NCBI GenBank assembly: GCA_002189035.1
Contig: NEEC01000002.1
Coordinates: forward strand, 2,542,001 to 2,606,000
DNA from: Utricularia gibba
Taxonomy: Eukaryota; Plantae; Magnoliophyta
Length of the DNA: 64,000 bases
Direction of reading: 5' to 3'
Both the position numbers and the translations under genes were made by a program. Below are positions 13,659 to 29,430 of the stretch, in pieces (the first letter of the stretch is position 1; every line of letters starts with the position of its first letter). Below the pieces are notes generated by a model, which worked only from the letters and a program-made list of their open reading frames with translations, searched no databases and was not told the origin of the DNA.

Positions 13659-14148
13659 TTTAGAAGAGGAAGATGCAGAGAAGGGATAGGGAAGTCTTCC
13701 ATTTGTTAGGACTCACTTTGGAATGTTTTAGGTGAAGATGATCACCCCAAGCAAAGAATCGTCAAGATCTCTCTCTCTCTCTCCATGAAGTTATCTAAAT
13801 TCTTGCATATAAGAGAACGTTTTTGAATGCCTCAACTTGCTCATGGCTCAAACAGATACACCTGACAATCCTATCATCGGTTGAGTACGTCCTGTGCAAA
13901 GGTAGATACTGCAACGAATGCCGCAAAGGATTCATCAAAGGTGGAGAGTTCATATTCGATGTATATCGGATGATAGGAGTAGTGCGCTTCTCGCTTGAAA
14001 GCATGATATTGAGCACGTTAATGCTGGTATGCAAATTCTGTCTGTTGAGCAATGAGAAATCTAGGCTGCATATTGTCCTTGCAAATAACAGTGCAACAGA
14101 ACCGACTCTGACAAAGCAAAACAGGTAACTTTCCAAGGTAGAGCTCAC

Positions 14149-15361
14149 CTAAGTGACATCCAAAACTTCTATGACTTCAAAGTGCTGCTGCAGATCAGGA
14201 AGTTTACCTGGGAAGTAAGATCTCTCACAAAGCCTCACTTGGCTTACATGATCAGCCTGAGAAGCTTTACTTAAAAGACGAACCAGGGTATCTTTTTCCT
14301 TGCGAATCCAAGGTCGTCTGTTATCGCACCACTGCCTTGGAGTTCCATGAAACATAAACCGGACAGCAAAGGCCCTTCGATTCAGGTTCTTAACGATCCT
14401 GTTGATCGTTTCTTCATCGGTGAGGTATGCTCCTTTAGTGTTGAGTCCAACATCTACATAGTGGATTTCATTTATGCTGTCAAAGAGGCTCTCTTTTGAA
14501 GTTGGTATAATCAAGTCATCTTCTCCAAGAACAAGTGTTTCATTGGCAGGACTCTTATTCCCTTCAATGGAGGATGAGATTGATTGGATTTCTGTTCGGC
14601 TGAACTCAGTTAAGAGCTGGTTCAGAACAGTGCCACCCTTACTGAACCCCAGAAGCGTTACTGCCGGTTTGTAGGAGAACGAAGCTGAAGCTTCAGCAAT
14701 GTATGGTGCATTCTCCTTCCCAGAAATGATGTTTTTTGCCTGCAAAAGCAGTGGAGTTCCTCATACATGTTTTCAACAAATTCTTGCCCACTTCTTCAAG
14801 TAAGAGCCATCGTGAACACAACTACGACTTTTCTTGATTGAAGACAATCAGTAATCAAGATAAACAGTTCTCTTACCTCTGCCAGAAATCTTGACAGCAG
14901 CAAGGCAAGAGATGTAGAGGCTGGGAAACCCGTTGGATCATAAGATGCTGGCTCTCCATGTTCATTTACAGATGGGATAAAATCCTTGTACACGGCGAAA
15001 GGTCCACTGAAGATGGAGGCCTCAACAACGTAGGCATTAAAAGATTTCCCGAACTTCGAAACCAGAACCTCAACAGTCTTTTGAGGATCAGATAATCTCT
15101 CGATCACTGGGTTATTTGTCCCTTCAACCCTATCCCCAAGAAAGAATATTGCATTGCCCGAAGGCACCTGCCATCCACAAAACATACAAAAAAAAAAAAG
15201 AGATATCTTAGATACTAGGAAATCCAGCAGAGCTTTTACAGGGTACTCACTGCAAAGCTTTTGGATGAGGGAGTGAGGAGGAGAGACGCTGCAACTCTAT
15301 AGTAAGTGCTGCAACCAACATGCAGTCCAACATTCAGAACACCACTCCAGCGGGCCATCAT
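14149..15361 (-). CDS. C2orf69 (UPF0565) homolog, 3 coding exons (15361-15251, 15167-14877, 14739-14149)
   Basis: Family motifs LLGFSKGGTVLNQL, HYVDVGLNTKGAYLTD, HGTPRQWCD, RPWIRKEKD; start MMARWSGVL; GT-AG boundaries keep frame. Confidence 0.88.
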
Positions 15362-16050
15362 TCAAAAATCCTTAACACCTGTATCGCAGTTGAAAAATGT
15401 TTTATCCACAGCATGAAATTTTAAGAAACAAAGACAGTTACTACCCAGAATGGATTGCAGCACCCAGGTCGGCTTCAAACGCCAGCACCAACATTTCAGA
15501 GCTGAACGCGGTAAGACTGGATGCTAGATTGCAAATGTAATGGAAGTCTAGGGTATCGAGGTCTTCTGTATACACAAGAATCGGGCAAATATCAAAAACA
15601 GAGAATCGAACCTCTCACCGAGGCATTTCATCATACACATGGTAGGATGTGAATTAAAACCCTTGGGCGATCGAGCCAACGCTCACCATCGCACTTGCCT
15701 ACTCCAAAAATTAAACTTGTTCAGATTCACCTAATAATTTGAAAAACCTGATCGCGGAACTGAAATCCGGATAAACATCGCTCACCTGACATTCGGAGTC
15801 GCCGGATTCCGCACTCAACGTTTTCTTTCTGTTCTTACACAGGTAAGATAAAATCCTTCCCATCAATCTTCTATTTGTTAAATCTTGACATCGAATTCAA
15901 CACCCAGATGAGTTGGCTAAAGAGGACAGACTAAATCACGCAACCTGCCCCGAGAGTTCAATCGTCGCTCGCTGCTTACATCATTTAACACACTAGAGGA
16001 AAACAAGGAAGTTCTAAAAAGAAACAGGGCTCCGCCGCTGCTACTACTCC

Positions 16051-18642
<2,592 letters not shown>

Positions 18643-18693
18643 TTATATATACACTGACACACCACTAGGGTTTCTAGATCCTTCTAGACGTTC
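18643..18693 (-). promoter_or_regulatory. HSP90 core promoter: TATA box (18643-18649) and imperfect heat-shock element (18672-18693)
   Basis: Minus-strand TATATAA about 90 nt upstream of the ATG. Plus strand reads TTCtaGATccTTCtaGACgTTC, resembling alternating nGAAn units with two imperfect units. Confidence 0.6.
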
Positions 18694-19250
18694 CAAGCGT
18701 CTGATAAAACATGGGCCTAACTTAATTGGGCTGCACTCGATCCATATTTCGTTATTTTATATATTCCCCAAAAAATGAATGAATGATATTATTCTGAGAA
18801 AATTAATGTTCTGAAAACAAAATTGAGATTTATTTCTATTTTTTAGAAATAAAAATAGTTTTATCATCAAATATTTATAATTCCATAAATATTTTTATGA
18901 AAAATACTTTTGAATTTAAATTATAAAAATTATTTTTGTAAAAATGACAAATAACCAATTTTCTCACTTTTCTCATTTTTATATGAAAACCTTAAAATCA
19001 TTTTTTATCTTTTGTGTGTTAAGTAGACAAATTGCTACTATCTATTCCAAATTTAAATAAAGATTTTTCAATCAAAGTAACAAATTAATTTAAAAGTATT
19101 TACGTATTTTTTTTTACCATAATTCAAAATATTTACAATTTATTTTTATTTTTTCCAATTATTTCTGATTTTTAAATTTGGTTTTACAAAAATAGAAATA
19201 GTCCCCCAAAATTTTCTAAAACGCTAAGTAGATATGATACACTAATGATC

Positions 19251-22200
19251 CTAAAGAGAAAGGCTCCTGTTCATGTGGAGCATGCATCTCTTCAGGGGAG
19301 GAACTTGGTAGCCAATGTCATTGACGGAGACATCCAGCAACCCAGAAAGGGCTTTTACCTCCTGAATCAGGAGCTTTAGCAAGGGAACTTGGGAAAGAGT
19401 TCTGCAGCACCCAACCATTATCAGCTTCTTCTGCAAGTGCAAACCATGAGAGCAAGAGTGAGTTACAGGCTTCGACTGAAAATGGTTGTTTATTCCAGAT
19501 TGCATCTGAACCTTGGCACGTGTGAGCGCAACGTTGATTCTGTGCCAGTCTCCAAGCAATGAAGATGCGTTGCTTCGGGGTGTTCACGGGATCTCACGAA
19601 AGATACCAAAATGCAGTCCTTGTCCCTTCCCTGAAAACATCATGAAACTGAGTATTAGATCATCAAAACTGCACTCTGCTATTCTCTTTTCAAAAGTCTG
19701 GTTCGCTTAATGTTTCCACGTTGCTCTGTTCCATGGGATCATGTGCAGCTGAAGTGGTTCACTTTTCTCTTAAAACTGGAGGCGTACTAGTGACATCCTA
19801 TTAAAATTTAGGAAGGAAAAGCAAACCTGATATTTGTCAATGGTATGTATCTCGACTGATGAGGAGACATCTCCTTGGATTAGATCAGCCTGAGAGTTAT
19901 ATGGTGTGATAATGCCAATGTCCTTCTCTTCAATGCCTCGTGACAGAAGAGCTTTGGTAACCTTTTGGAAAGGTCAGAAGTTAAGGCAATGACCTATTGA
20001 AGGGAGAAAGTGAGGAGGCTATCTATTTACCTCAACAATGATGTTAGCCTCCAATGGGTTATTTAGACCTTTCTGGCCATGACTCTCAAATGCAGGCAGC
20101 AAATCTAAGCACCAGTGATGGCACGGGTAAATATGCAATCTGGTGCAGGAATTGAAAGGAACAAGAAATGTATCGAAACCTGTGTTAATGAATATAACGG
20201 GGTGATCAGGGTCGAGAACCTGTGAAAAGTAATGAAGTGTAAGATGATGGTTTACTGTTATTTTCAGTTGAAACACAAGACAGCAGTAAGAAATGAAGAA
20301 ATGACCACACCTCTGTTAGCCAGGCGGGGAATGCCACTGGATGTCTGTAGGCTAGTTTTGCGTTTTCTATTTCAGGTGAACCACATTGAAGCCGATTCCC
20401 GTATATTAAGGTATTTGATAAATGCATTATAGCTGCACACATCCGGTACTGCATTTGTGGAATAAAAGCATAGTATATTATGAGCATGGAGCATCATATG
20501 TGAACTTTGAACTAAAAAGTTAGGTACCTGATAATGCAACGCAGCAATTGCATGAGGATGGGCTTCAGAGAGCCTACAAAAGAGGCTAACACCCATACCG
20601 TTCTCCCTTGCCTCGGGACTCTGGAAACAGATGTGCGAATCAATCCTCTGTCAACTAGCTTTTCCAGAAACTCAAGAGGAGCTTCATATTGAATAGGGAA
20701 GGAAATTTACAGGTGCGAGTGTGTGCATGTAGCCAAAGGGAAAAAAAAGAAGCCCAGATAAGCATAGGGAAGAAAATTTACCTGCACAAGTGGAGGTAAT
20801 TGGTAATGATCCCCAACAAGAATGAACTTTGATGCCAGCATCAAGGGTCCCAGTGATACCTGATATTCAAAATTCCCAAAACAGGTATTACAGACAAAAA
20901 GAAAACAGGCACAAACTCCTGATTTTCAGTGGTATATACAATCAATAAGCACTTAAAAAAACGTAGCAGCAACTCCCATGGAACTTGGTCATTAAACTGT
21001 CACTCACGTAAGACTCACGGTATACAGTCAAATTTGCAGAAAGGGTACATGAGTGCAGCAAGAGTCTATGATGAACTAGTGATATACCGGCAGTGTTATC
21101 TGTCCTGCTTCATCCATGATGCACACATCGAAGCTTTTATTTGCAAGTAAGGGACTAGTTATTCCCAAGCAAGTAACAGCAACAACCTTAACACTGTCAA
21201 ACTTCTCTTTTATCTCATGTGTGCTAGCCATTCCGCTTGCTGTTGCAAAAGGTATAATGAAACCAAAATTATGCAGCATACAATGAGAATAATTATGTAA
21301 TATATTTTCTTCACAAGTTCCCTAAAGAAGAACAGACAAACTGACCTGACAAGCATTTTTCCTGAATTTCTTCATGCACCACTTCAGGTCTGCCAATTCG
21401 TATAAAGTCTATACCCTTTAAAAGTGCTGAAGTAGTTAGTCCTTGCTGAAATGATGCAACTACAAATAAGGTACAAACACATGAAGGTCAAATATCCTTT
21501 GATACAGATCTTGAAAAATGAAGTTGAGCAACCAAATGGAAATCTTTTAGAAATGTAATTCTGCCATTCTTTTAACATTTAAAAGTTCAAATTATCCAAG
21601 ATCAGCGTAGCTAAAGAATTTCACACGTCAAAAAGATCACAACACTCAGAATCATGACGTATCTCTGCACAGAAGAAACCCCGCAAGACTGCAGATATTG
21701 TTGTTAATAAAATTTAACAATTTCATATCTAATCAATATGAAGTACTTCACCTGAGTTTTCAGTTTAATAAGCAAATTATCAACAGCTGAATTTGTGTAG
21801 GATGTCAGCAAGATAGATGCACCTCTCATCAGCAGCACCTTGACAGCATGTACCAGCATAGATGTTTTTCCGGTTCCAGGCATCCCGAGTATAAGTGCGT
21901 AATCCCTTGCTGTAAGTATCTGAAAACATACAGGTGAGTCATCAGCAACTGGAAATCTCAGGAGAATTGCATGCCTTTTAATTCAATTAGACTAGATCAG
22001 ATGCCAACGTGTGACCTTTATAATTGCCCGCCTCTGATCATCATTCAAACTTTTTTCCGATGATATATATGATAATGCAGGGTCTTGACTGATTGAGATG
22101 CCACTGTCAAATTTAGGGATCTACAACAAATGTAGAAGGAAACATGGAGGCGCTATTCTGATGAAGACCAAGATAAGGTTAATACGCAGAATAGAAATTC

Positions 22201-25200
22201 ACCTCTAGGTCAACAACCATATTCCTCATGCGGGTACTACGGTCATCTGAAAAGAAGAGTTGAATAAGATTGTACCTGAAATTATTTTCTGTTACTTTTT
22301 TAATCAGTTGATAAAGACTACATAAGAAAAAGGTATATTTTTCAGACCTCATGATTGCAAATGTTGATGTAGGCTCCTCTCTGTCAATTCTCCATCTTTG
22401 CTTATGGATATCTTCTGCCGTGGAACCAGAGTGCTTCCCAGGGAGCCTTAGTTTCTTTGCAAAAGATACCTAAGGGTATGGAAATAGAAATTCATTTATT
22501 TGTGGGCAATAAAATGTTTGCAAGGTAACTCTTGCATGCATTGATCAAGATTTCGAACATTAAATATTTATTGTTCAACATAGCAACTCCCAACAGGATA
22601 CCTAAACAATTGCTATGGTACTTGTTAAACATTACTTACAGAGATAGAGTCGTTGTCCATGTCTGCAATGATCCCATTAGCAACTTGTACATTACCAGGT
22701 GCGATGCTTACGATCTACACATAGAAAAGGAGAAAAAAGAGTTTGATGTAGATAAGGATTCACAAAAAAAAAAAAAAAAGAAGAGAACCAACGCCAATAA
22801 TGCTGCTTTAACCCACGTACAATACTTCGCACATGAATACCAAGAAAAAAAAACCCAAAAATTCAGTTTCAAGAATGTTTCAAGAATGAAATTATCCCTC
22901 CTCAATGCTTGGAATATAAAGCAACAGAAGCAGAATGGCAATATAAAAGAGAGAGAGAGAGAGAGATGCACACCACGTGATCACCAACTCGAAGCTTGCA
23001 CCCTGAGAAAGATGAGCTTAAACAATTCTTATCTGCTTGCACCTCACTAAGAAAAGCATGTTCTCTCAAAAACCGGTAGACAAATCGATCGCCTTTGCAG
23101 GATCCTTTTGCAGATAGATCCAAATTTTCAAGATGTAGGGATGACAAGCAAGAAGTTTGCTCGTCGTTTTTGGACTTGTCTGAAAGCCAGTTCTCTTTCT
23201 TCACAGACTAAAATCGCAAATTTACAATGCTGAGAAGTGATTTTAGAGTCAAATACATCACATGCAGATATCGAATGATCACCTCCATATGTTTTGCTTC
23301 CAGATCAATCAATTTCTCCCATTGACGCAGAAAAGCAGTATGTGCATTTGTAATATGTGATACAAGTGACTCATAAATATCACCAAGTCCACTACCTTCA
23401 GCATCTCCTCCGTGTGCCTTCAAATATCACAAAATGGTATGCTAAGAGTAAAGCTAGCATTTTCAATGCACTTTTTAAAATTCAAGCCAAACTCACTTAT
23501 TTGGTTCATAAGAAAACCAATGGTATTTTTATCTAAAGTAGAAATTTTCAACAGCGCTGAGAAACTTCCTATTGTTCATAAAAAATCTTCCTGCATATCC
23601 CAGTGAACCAGCAAATTTGGTTTCGTCTATAAGCCACCGGTTTTGGAAAAACAGATCAGTTTGGCATGTCAGTTCTCCTTTTGAAGTGTATATTTTTTAT
23701 AATTTATTTATATTGCTAAGGTTTTCAAAACAACACTTAACTATTATTATAGTTCGATCCAACCATGCTCTAACCTTGAAACCAACACCCCAATCAGCTC
23801 TATAACTAAATGACGTGATGAACTAATCTTAATTAATGCATGAGGTACACAACTGACCTTGTGGTAAACAGAGCATGCATTGAGTTGGCGACAACTTCTG
23901 CACATGCTTAGACGCTGTATAACATTGGTGAATTGATAAGCTACACATTGGAGACAAAAAAAAAATAATGAAAAGGGATTGCTAGTTTTGTGATCGCAAG
24001 CCAAAATACTTGTAACATTGGTGGCAATTGCTGAGTTCTGGATGCCGTTAGAAGATCATTCGCAAGTTCATTGCGGCGCATAACAAGCCCAACTAAGTCA
24101 GATCTGCCAACTGAGATTCCCTGCAAAAACTTGAAAATGAGTACTTATAAATAATTTAAATTAAATTATGCGAAAAGAAGAGGTGAGGTGAAGTCACTTG
24201 TGTTTGATCTGTATGAAGATAATACAGAAGACCTTGGTCAACATTTATCTTGTATCTGGAGACATCAAAAAACAGAAGATATAAATATGGATGACAATCA
24301 GAAGACTTAGAGAGCTAATTTCCATACCGCTCAGACATCAGGAGGGTATATAACATAACCTGTGCACCATGCTCAATAGCTACCTGCACATGTACGTGGA
24401 ATTAGTCAAGGAGCTAAACTCAATGCAAAAACAACAGCATGGCTTGAAAATCTACCAGTCCACTATTTCCTTTTCCTGTTTTGAACTCCAAAGGCATGAT
24501 TTTCGCGCAAGCTTCTGCAGAATCATCACTGGTTTTTACACAAAGAGATGCATCAATCATTCCCTTTAATCCATACTTCGGGGCCCATGCCATCTCCTCG
24601 ATGTCAATCACCTATTTGAAAAGAAATATATCGTGAACATGAGAAACAAGATTCACAGCACGACTTGCTCTGCAAGACTGTACTAATGTACCCTGTAATA
24701 CTGTTGCTGGGAGCCATGCCCCAATTCATTTAGGAACATTAAGATTTAAACATGAATATGATATTCAATTAGTGTTTCATAAAAGTACGCAAGCACACGT
24801 TCACTCAATAAACAGAGAAACTTTACCTCAGAAACTTTGATCTTCTTAGAGCTTTCACCACTATTAAAAACAATGCTTGGACAATTGGGATTCTGGAAAA
24901 GAAAAAGGATCAGCTGTTGCATCAACACAATAAAAAATTTCATCCATGCGAATTATGCAAAGGCAAACTAAACTAGAAAAGGAGTCTAAAGAACCGGAAA
25001 CATTTCAAATTGCATCACATAAGTAAACTCTTCAAAAGCATCAATATTCACCTACATTATGATCTCGAAAGTCGGAAATCCAATTAAGTATTTTAGGAAT
25101 GGACTCCATCAATGTCTTCCAAATGTCACTCTCACTGACTGCAATTACATGAGCAGAAAATGAATGAAGGGGACCATTGCAACTCATCAAAGTCAATACA

Positions 25201-28200
25201 TGTGTGCACAAGTTCAATGCTTGTAAGGAAAGTTCCAGCACAGTGCTAAATTTAAACTAAATTAAAAACCTGTCAATCGTAAGAAATTAGGAGAAAAAAG
25301 CTGAATCACCTTCACATGCATAGAGGCTCTCCAGGCATTTATGGGAAGCCATTCTCGCATATTCTTCCAAGAATTCTTTAGTAGGAGATTCACTCATAAG
25401 AGCAGCCTTTATAAAGAAACAACTAGTTCAGCAAGGATGAAATATTTCTGGGTAGGTTAATGCAAAAACTGTGAATATTTCTTTGACAACCTGAAATATT
25501 TGATGCAGTATGGTACCCATCAATGCTGCAACTGAATGTTCACCCTGTTTTAACCTCTCGTCCAGTACAGTACGCCTAGGGCAGCTGAAGCTAGCAGAGA
25601 CCTATAAAATCAGGATCAGGAAAGAAATTATGTAAGATATCATATACGTCAATTTGTAAAGAAACAAGCAGCAAGAATTCGAAAAGAAGTAACTTTAATG
25701 GAAAACTCAGGTACCCGAGAACCAGAAACCAGTATGTCAGGGTGGAGAATGACAAAATTTTTCTGATCATTGACATCAAATATTCCTTGAGCGTCAAATT
25801 CACCAATTAGACTAACAGTATCTCCAGGTGCTATAGAACTGGCGTACCTAGTAAAATACAAGAGATGAGAATCGGAGAAAGCTATGAAAATAAATATTTT
25901 CTGTAATCTAACTTCAACAACAGGATGTGCCAAAATTGCCTAGGAATAGGATTTTAGATGATCTGAAAATGGATAGCAAAATCAGGGGATGAAGACTACT
26001 TCATGTTATGTAGCAGGAAGCACAGCAATGCAGTTCTCATGCAAACGTATACAAAGCCAGTAACCCATAAAACCGCGAATTAGAGGAATGAGAATGAATC
26101 ACAATAGTTCCTAAATATGTTAAAACTGAAGGATATACAAGCACCATAATTTATGTTAAATATGGTTGAATTAGTGGCAAAAAGTCAACCTTCTACAAGT
26201 TTCAAAACCGTAGGAAGCAGAAAAAGCATCCCATTAAACACTGATGCAGGTGAATCAATAGTCTACCTTCTACATGTTTAAAAACTATACAACATTGTGA
26301 ACAATCATGAAGAATTTCAATAAAGGATAGGCTGATTCTCTATGAATCATGTCATATGACTACCATTGGTCCCACAACTGCAATACCCGCTCAGTTCCAG
26401 TTTGCTCATCTAATAAACGAAGTACCTGAGTTCAAATACTCGGTTATAGACTTTTAGTTAACAACAAACGTGCCAATTTCTAGAAAATGAGTCAACCTTG
26501 CAAAAGGAACGAACACCTGAGGATTTAATGTTTTCATGACTGTCTGAAACCTTTTGAAAATGAAATGAACAAACATTGTGTCAAATGATGTCAAATTGAG
26601 AGAAGAAGAAATAAAAGTCAAAACAAATCATACCTCCAACACAAGAAAACTAGGCATAGAATCGCCTAGTTCCTCATTTTCAAATTTTCCAATGAAAGCA
26701 TCAGCTTTTAGACCTGTCTCACCATCTAAGGGCGTCTTATCATTACACTGAGATTGTTCAACGGAAATCATATCTTCAACTTGATCCAAGAGCTCGATAA
26801 GAGCCTGTGAATTTTTGGTTCGTTATCGTGTTAATGGCATACATGAATACTTATTCCTTCGACCTTTCTCATGTTAACGCAAAACTATGGCCATCGGGAG
26901 ATGGCTGAAACTAGAATACCTTTTTGTGGTGTGTTGAGCCTCGTTGATCTAGTGCTCCCATTGAACCCGGCTTTTGGACACCCTACATCCCAACCAGATG
27001 AAAACATCCAAATATAACAAGAAAAGAAACACATGCGTTTAAAGAGAATGCTCGTTTGTTAACACCTTTTCATGGCAACAAGACAAGGAAGGTGGAGTGG
27101 TGAATGGACTTTGAGTGTTAGCTGCTTCTGATGTATTGTTATTACTCCCACTGATTCCATGAGGACACATCACATCACCTGACCTCAACTGCTTTAAGTA
27201 AGGCCCTTCAGAGAATCTCAAAGATGTCTCATCTGCTGTTTGTGGACGTGGATGTGAAGGAAGCCAACTTGTTTGCTTTTTGAGTACGCCAGGAGAAGTC
27301 ACTACCTACAAATATAAACAATCCTTGGTTTATTCAAATCAGAAACACACCTGGATCACCAAAGCAAATTTAGATAACCTTTCTTAGTGAACACTGACTC
27401 ATTGAGTTAAACCTTGTAGAATCCGCCAATATCCTGACTCCCCCATTTGGATTCTTAGATATGGCACGAAGCTTCTCATTTACTGGGGATATTTTCCATG
27501 TTACCTCATCGACAACATCATCCTGACTCATTTTTATCAACTAGACAGAAGAAAAAAGTAAATGCATTTTAAAAAAATATGAAAAAAAAAAGAATAAGAA
27601 ATGTAATAGGGGAAGATGATGAGTAGAAACAATGAACCATAAGAAGCATCATTCATGTTTTCATTAAGATACGAGATGAATACTTGAAATAAATAAGAAA
27701 ATTACTCCAGGATGGGATAAAACAAATATGCTGACTGACATTAAGATGTTCAACTATAACACGGTACCAATGACGAATTCCGACATGTGCCTGTAGTAAA
27801 AAAATAAATGAACTTTTTCGAACCCAGTTTGTATCCCTGATTTCTATCACCATGCATTGCAGGTACCCTTGAAGTATTTGTTTAGTTATGCCTATACTAC
27901 CATTTAACTGATTGTCTCATTAGGGATACAAAAGTTGCTAAAATATCAAGAATACGAGGTACAGGGTTACTTGCAGTCACCATTCCCGGTGAAAATTTGA
28001 ACCGTTTAATGGAGTTCGACTTTGAAGCCTCGGGCGACACTTCCAGCTGATTGTCCTCAGGATCCACTATCACGGGTAGCAGATTTTCATCTCCCTTGTC
28101 ATCCTCCACATTGAGTAAACGCCCATTACTTCTTGAATTTGTCAAATCCCTATCAATTTTACCATTCACATTCGGACATTCAGGAACCGGCACAACATTC

Positions 28201-28568
28201 CTGCCTGCAAGTAGAATAGTATCGCAAGTTCCATTGACAGTTACTGAATTCACTACGCCACTTCTAGGACTTTCGCCTCTGCTCACTGACTCAGTCCTCT
28301 CCAAGTTATTAACCACCCCATGACTCTCAGCCCCAATTCCGGCACAGTCCACATCGACTAATTGCTTCCTAACGAGGGTAGCAGTCACCGAACCAGGCCG
28401 ATCACCATCCAGTCGTTCCGAAACGCTCTGAAGAGGGACCTTCTGGCTCTGAGAGTGACGCTCGAAATAGTGCTGAATACCAAACTTGGAGGGCTGAGAT
28501 GGCAGCGCCTCCGGGTTCTGTTGGCCCTGTTTCTTGCCTCCTGAGCTCGTTCTCTTCCTGGGAGCCAT
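19251..28568 (-). CDS. DNA2: DNA replication helicase/nuclease DNA2 (JHS1), more than 30 exons, with a 1-nt frameshift at 19577-19580
   Basis: PSKFGIQHYF N-terminus; nuclease exons (SFSCPRRTVLDERL, IEEMAWAPKYGLKGMIDAS, PLEFKTGK, CRSCRQLNAC); helicase motifs GMPGTGKT, MDEAGQ, VGDHYQLPPLV, IDKYQGRDKD, INVALTRAK. Exon chain traced with GT-AG sites. Confidence 0.95.
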
Positions 28569-28707
28569 TCCCCCAAGAAACCCAGATTGAATTTATCCTC
28601 CCCGATTACACAAATTCCCTTGGTCGACGCAACTAGATCAACCAATTTCCATTCCCTACCGCCAGTAAAGCCGATTACTATAGCGACTGTAAGAGACGAG
28701 ACGCATG

Positions 28708-28720
28708 CTTTCCCGCCAAA
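28708..28720. promoter_or_regulatory. Overlapping E2F sites (TTTCCCGC on plus, TTTGGCGG on minus) about 140 nt upstream of the DNA2 ATG
   Basis: TTTCCCGCCAAA at 28709-28720 matches the E2F consensus on both strands; several TGGGCY/GGCCCA-like site II motifs at 28815-28970. Confidence 0.65.
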
Positions 28721-29430
28721 TAATTTGCCAAATTTGCGTTGAGGAGGGATAACTGAAACGCCGTCGATCTGACTCGAATGGACGGCTGAGATCAGTAAAA
28801 GCATATGTGCGCACAGGCCCACCACACCCAGACAAGTCCAGCCCGAACAATACGGGCCTCCGAAGACTGCCGACCCAGCCCAGACGTGCGTATTATTATA
28901 ACAAGTTTTGGATGGGCCAGGCCCGTTTCTATTATAACCTTGTGTCTACTCAGGATCGGCCCAACACAGCCCTTGGAAAATGGATGACCTTGGTTTTGGT
29001 TGGATGGATAATTTGTATTATTTTTTGGTAATTTTTGGACTAGATTGTTATTAGGTATCTAATAAATATTTTTTTAGTTTTATTCATATCTAATTTTGAA
29101 AACTAGTTTATTATAAGAAATAATAAAACTTAAATTGTAAAACATCATAATGATTAAAATTACTAAAAACTTTATCATCTGAAATGAGCAAACATACAAT
29201 ACATAAACAATTCTCCTCTGTAGGTCTCACATATGGTGCACAAAGTGTAAGAACTGAGAGATGATAATCATGATACACCACACTTTCTTGCTCAAATGAA
29301 TCACAAGGGAAAGCCGCTGGAGATTTTTTTTAAGCATCAACTACAGATGGAGTTTTAGCTATACAGATGGATGCGAAGACCTTGATTATTTAGTTTTACA
29401 ATACCTCTTGCAGGAGAAACAAAAGAAACC

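Noticed and set aside
22532-23050. 172-aa Lys/Glu-rich plus-strand ORF
   Set aside because: Antisense across DNA2 introns, a small exon and A/GA tracts; low complexity.
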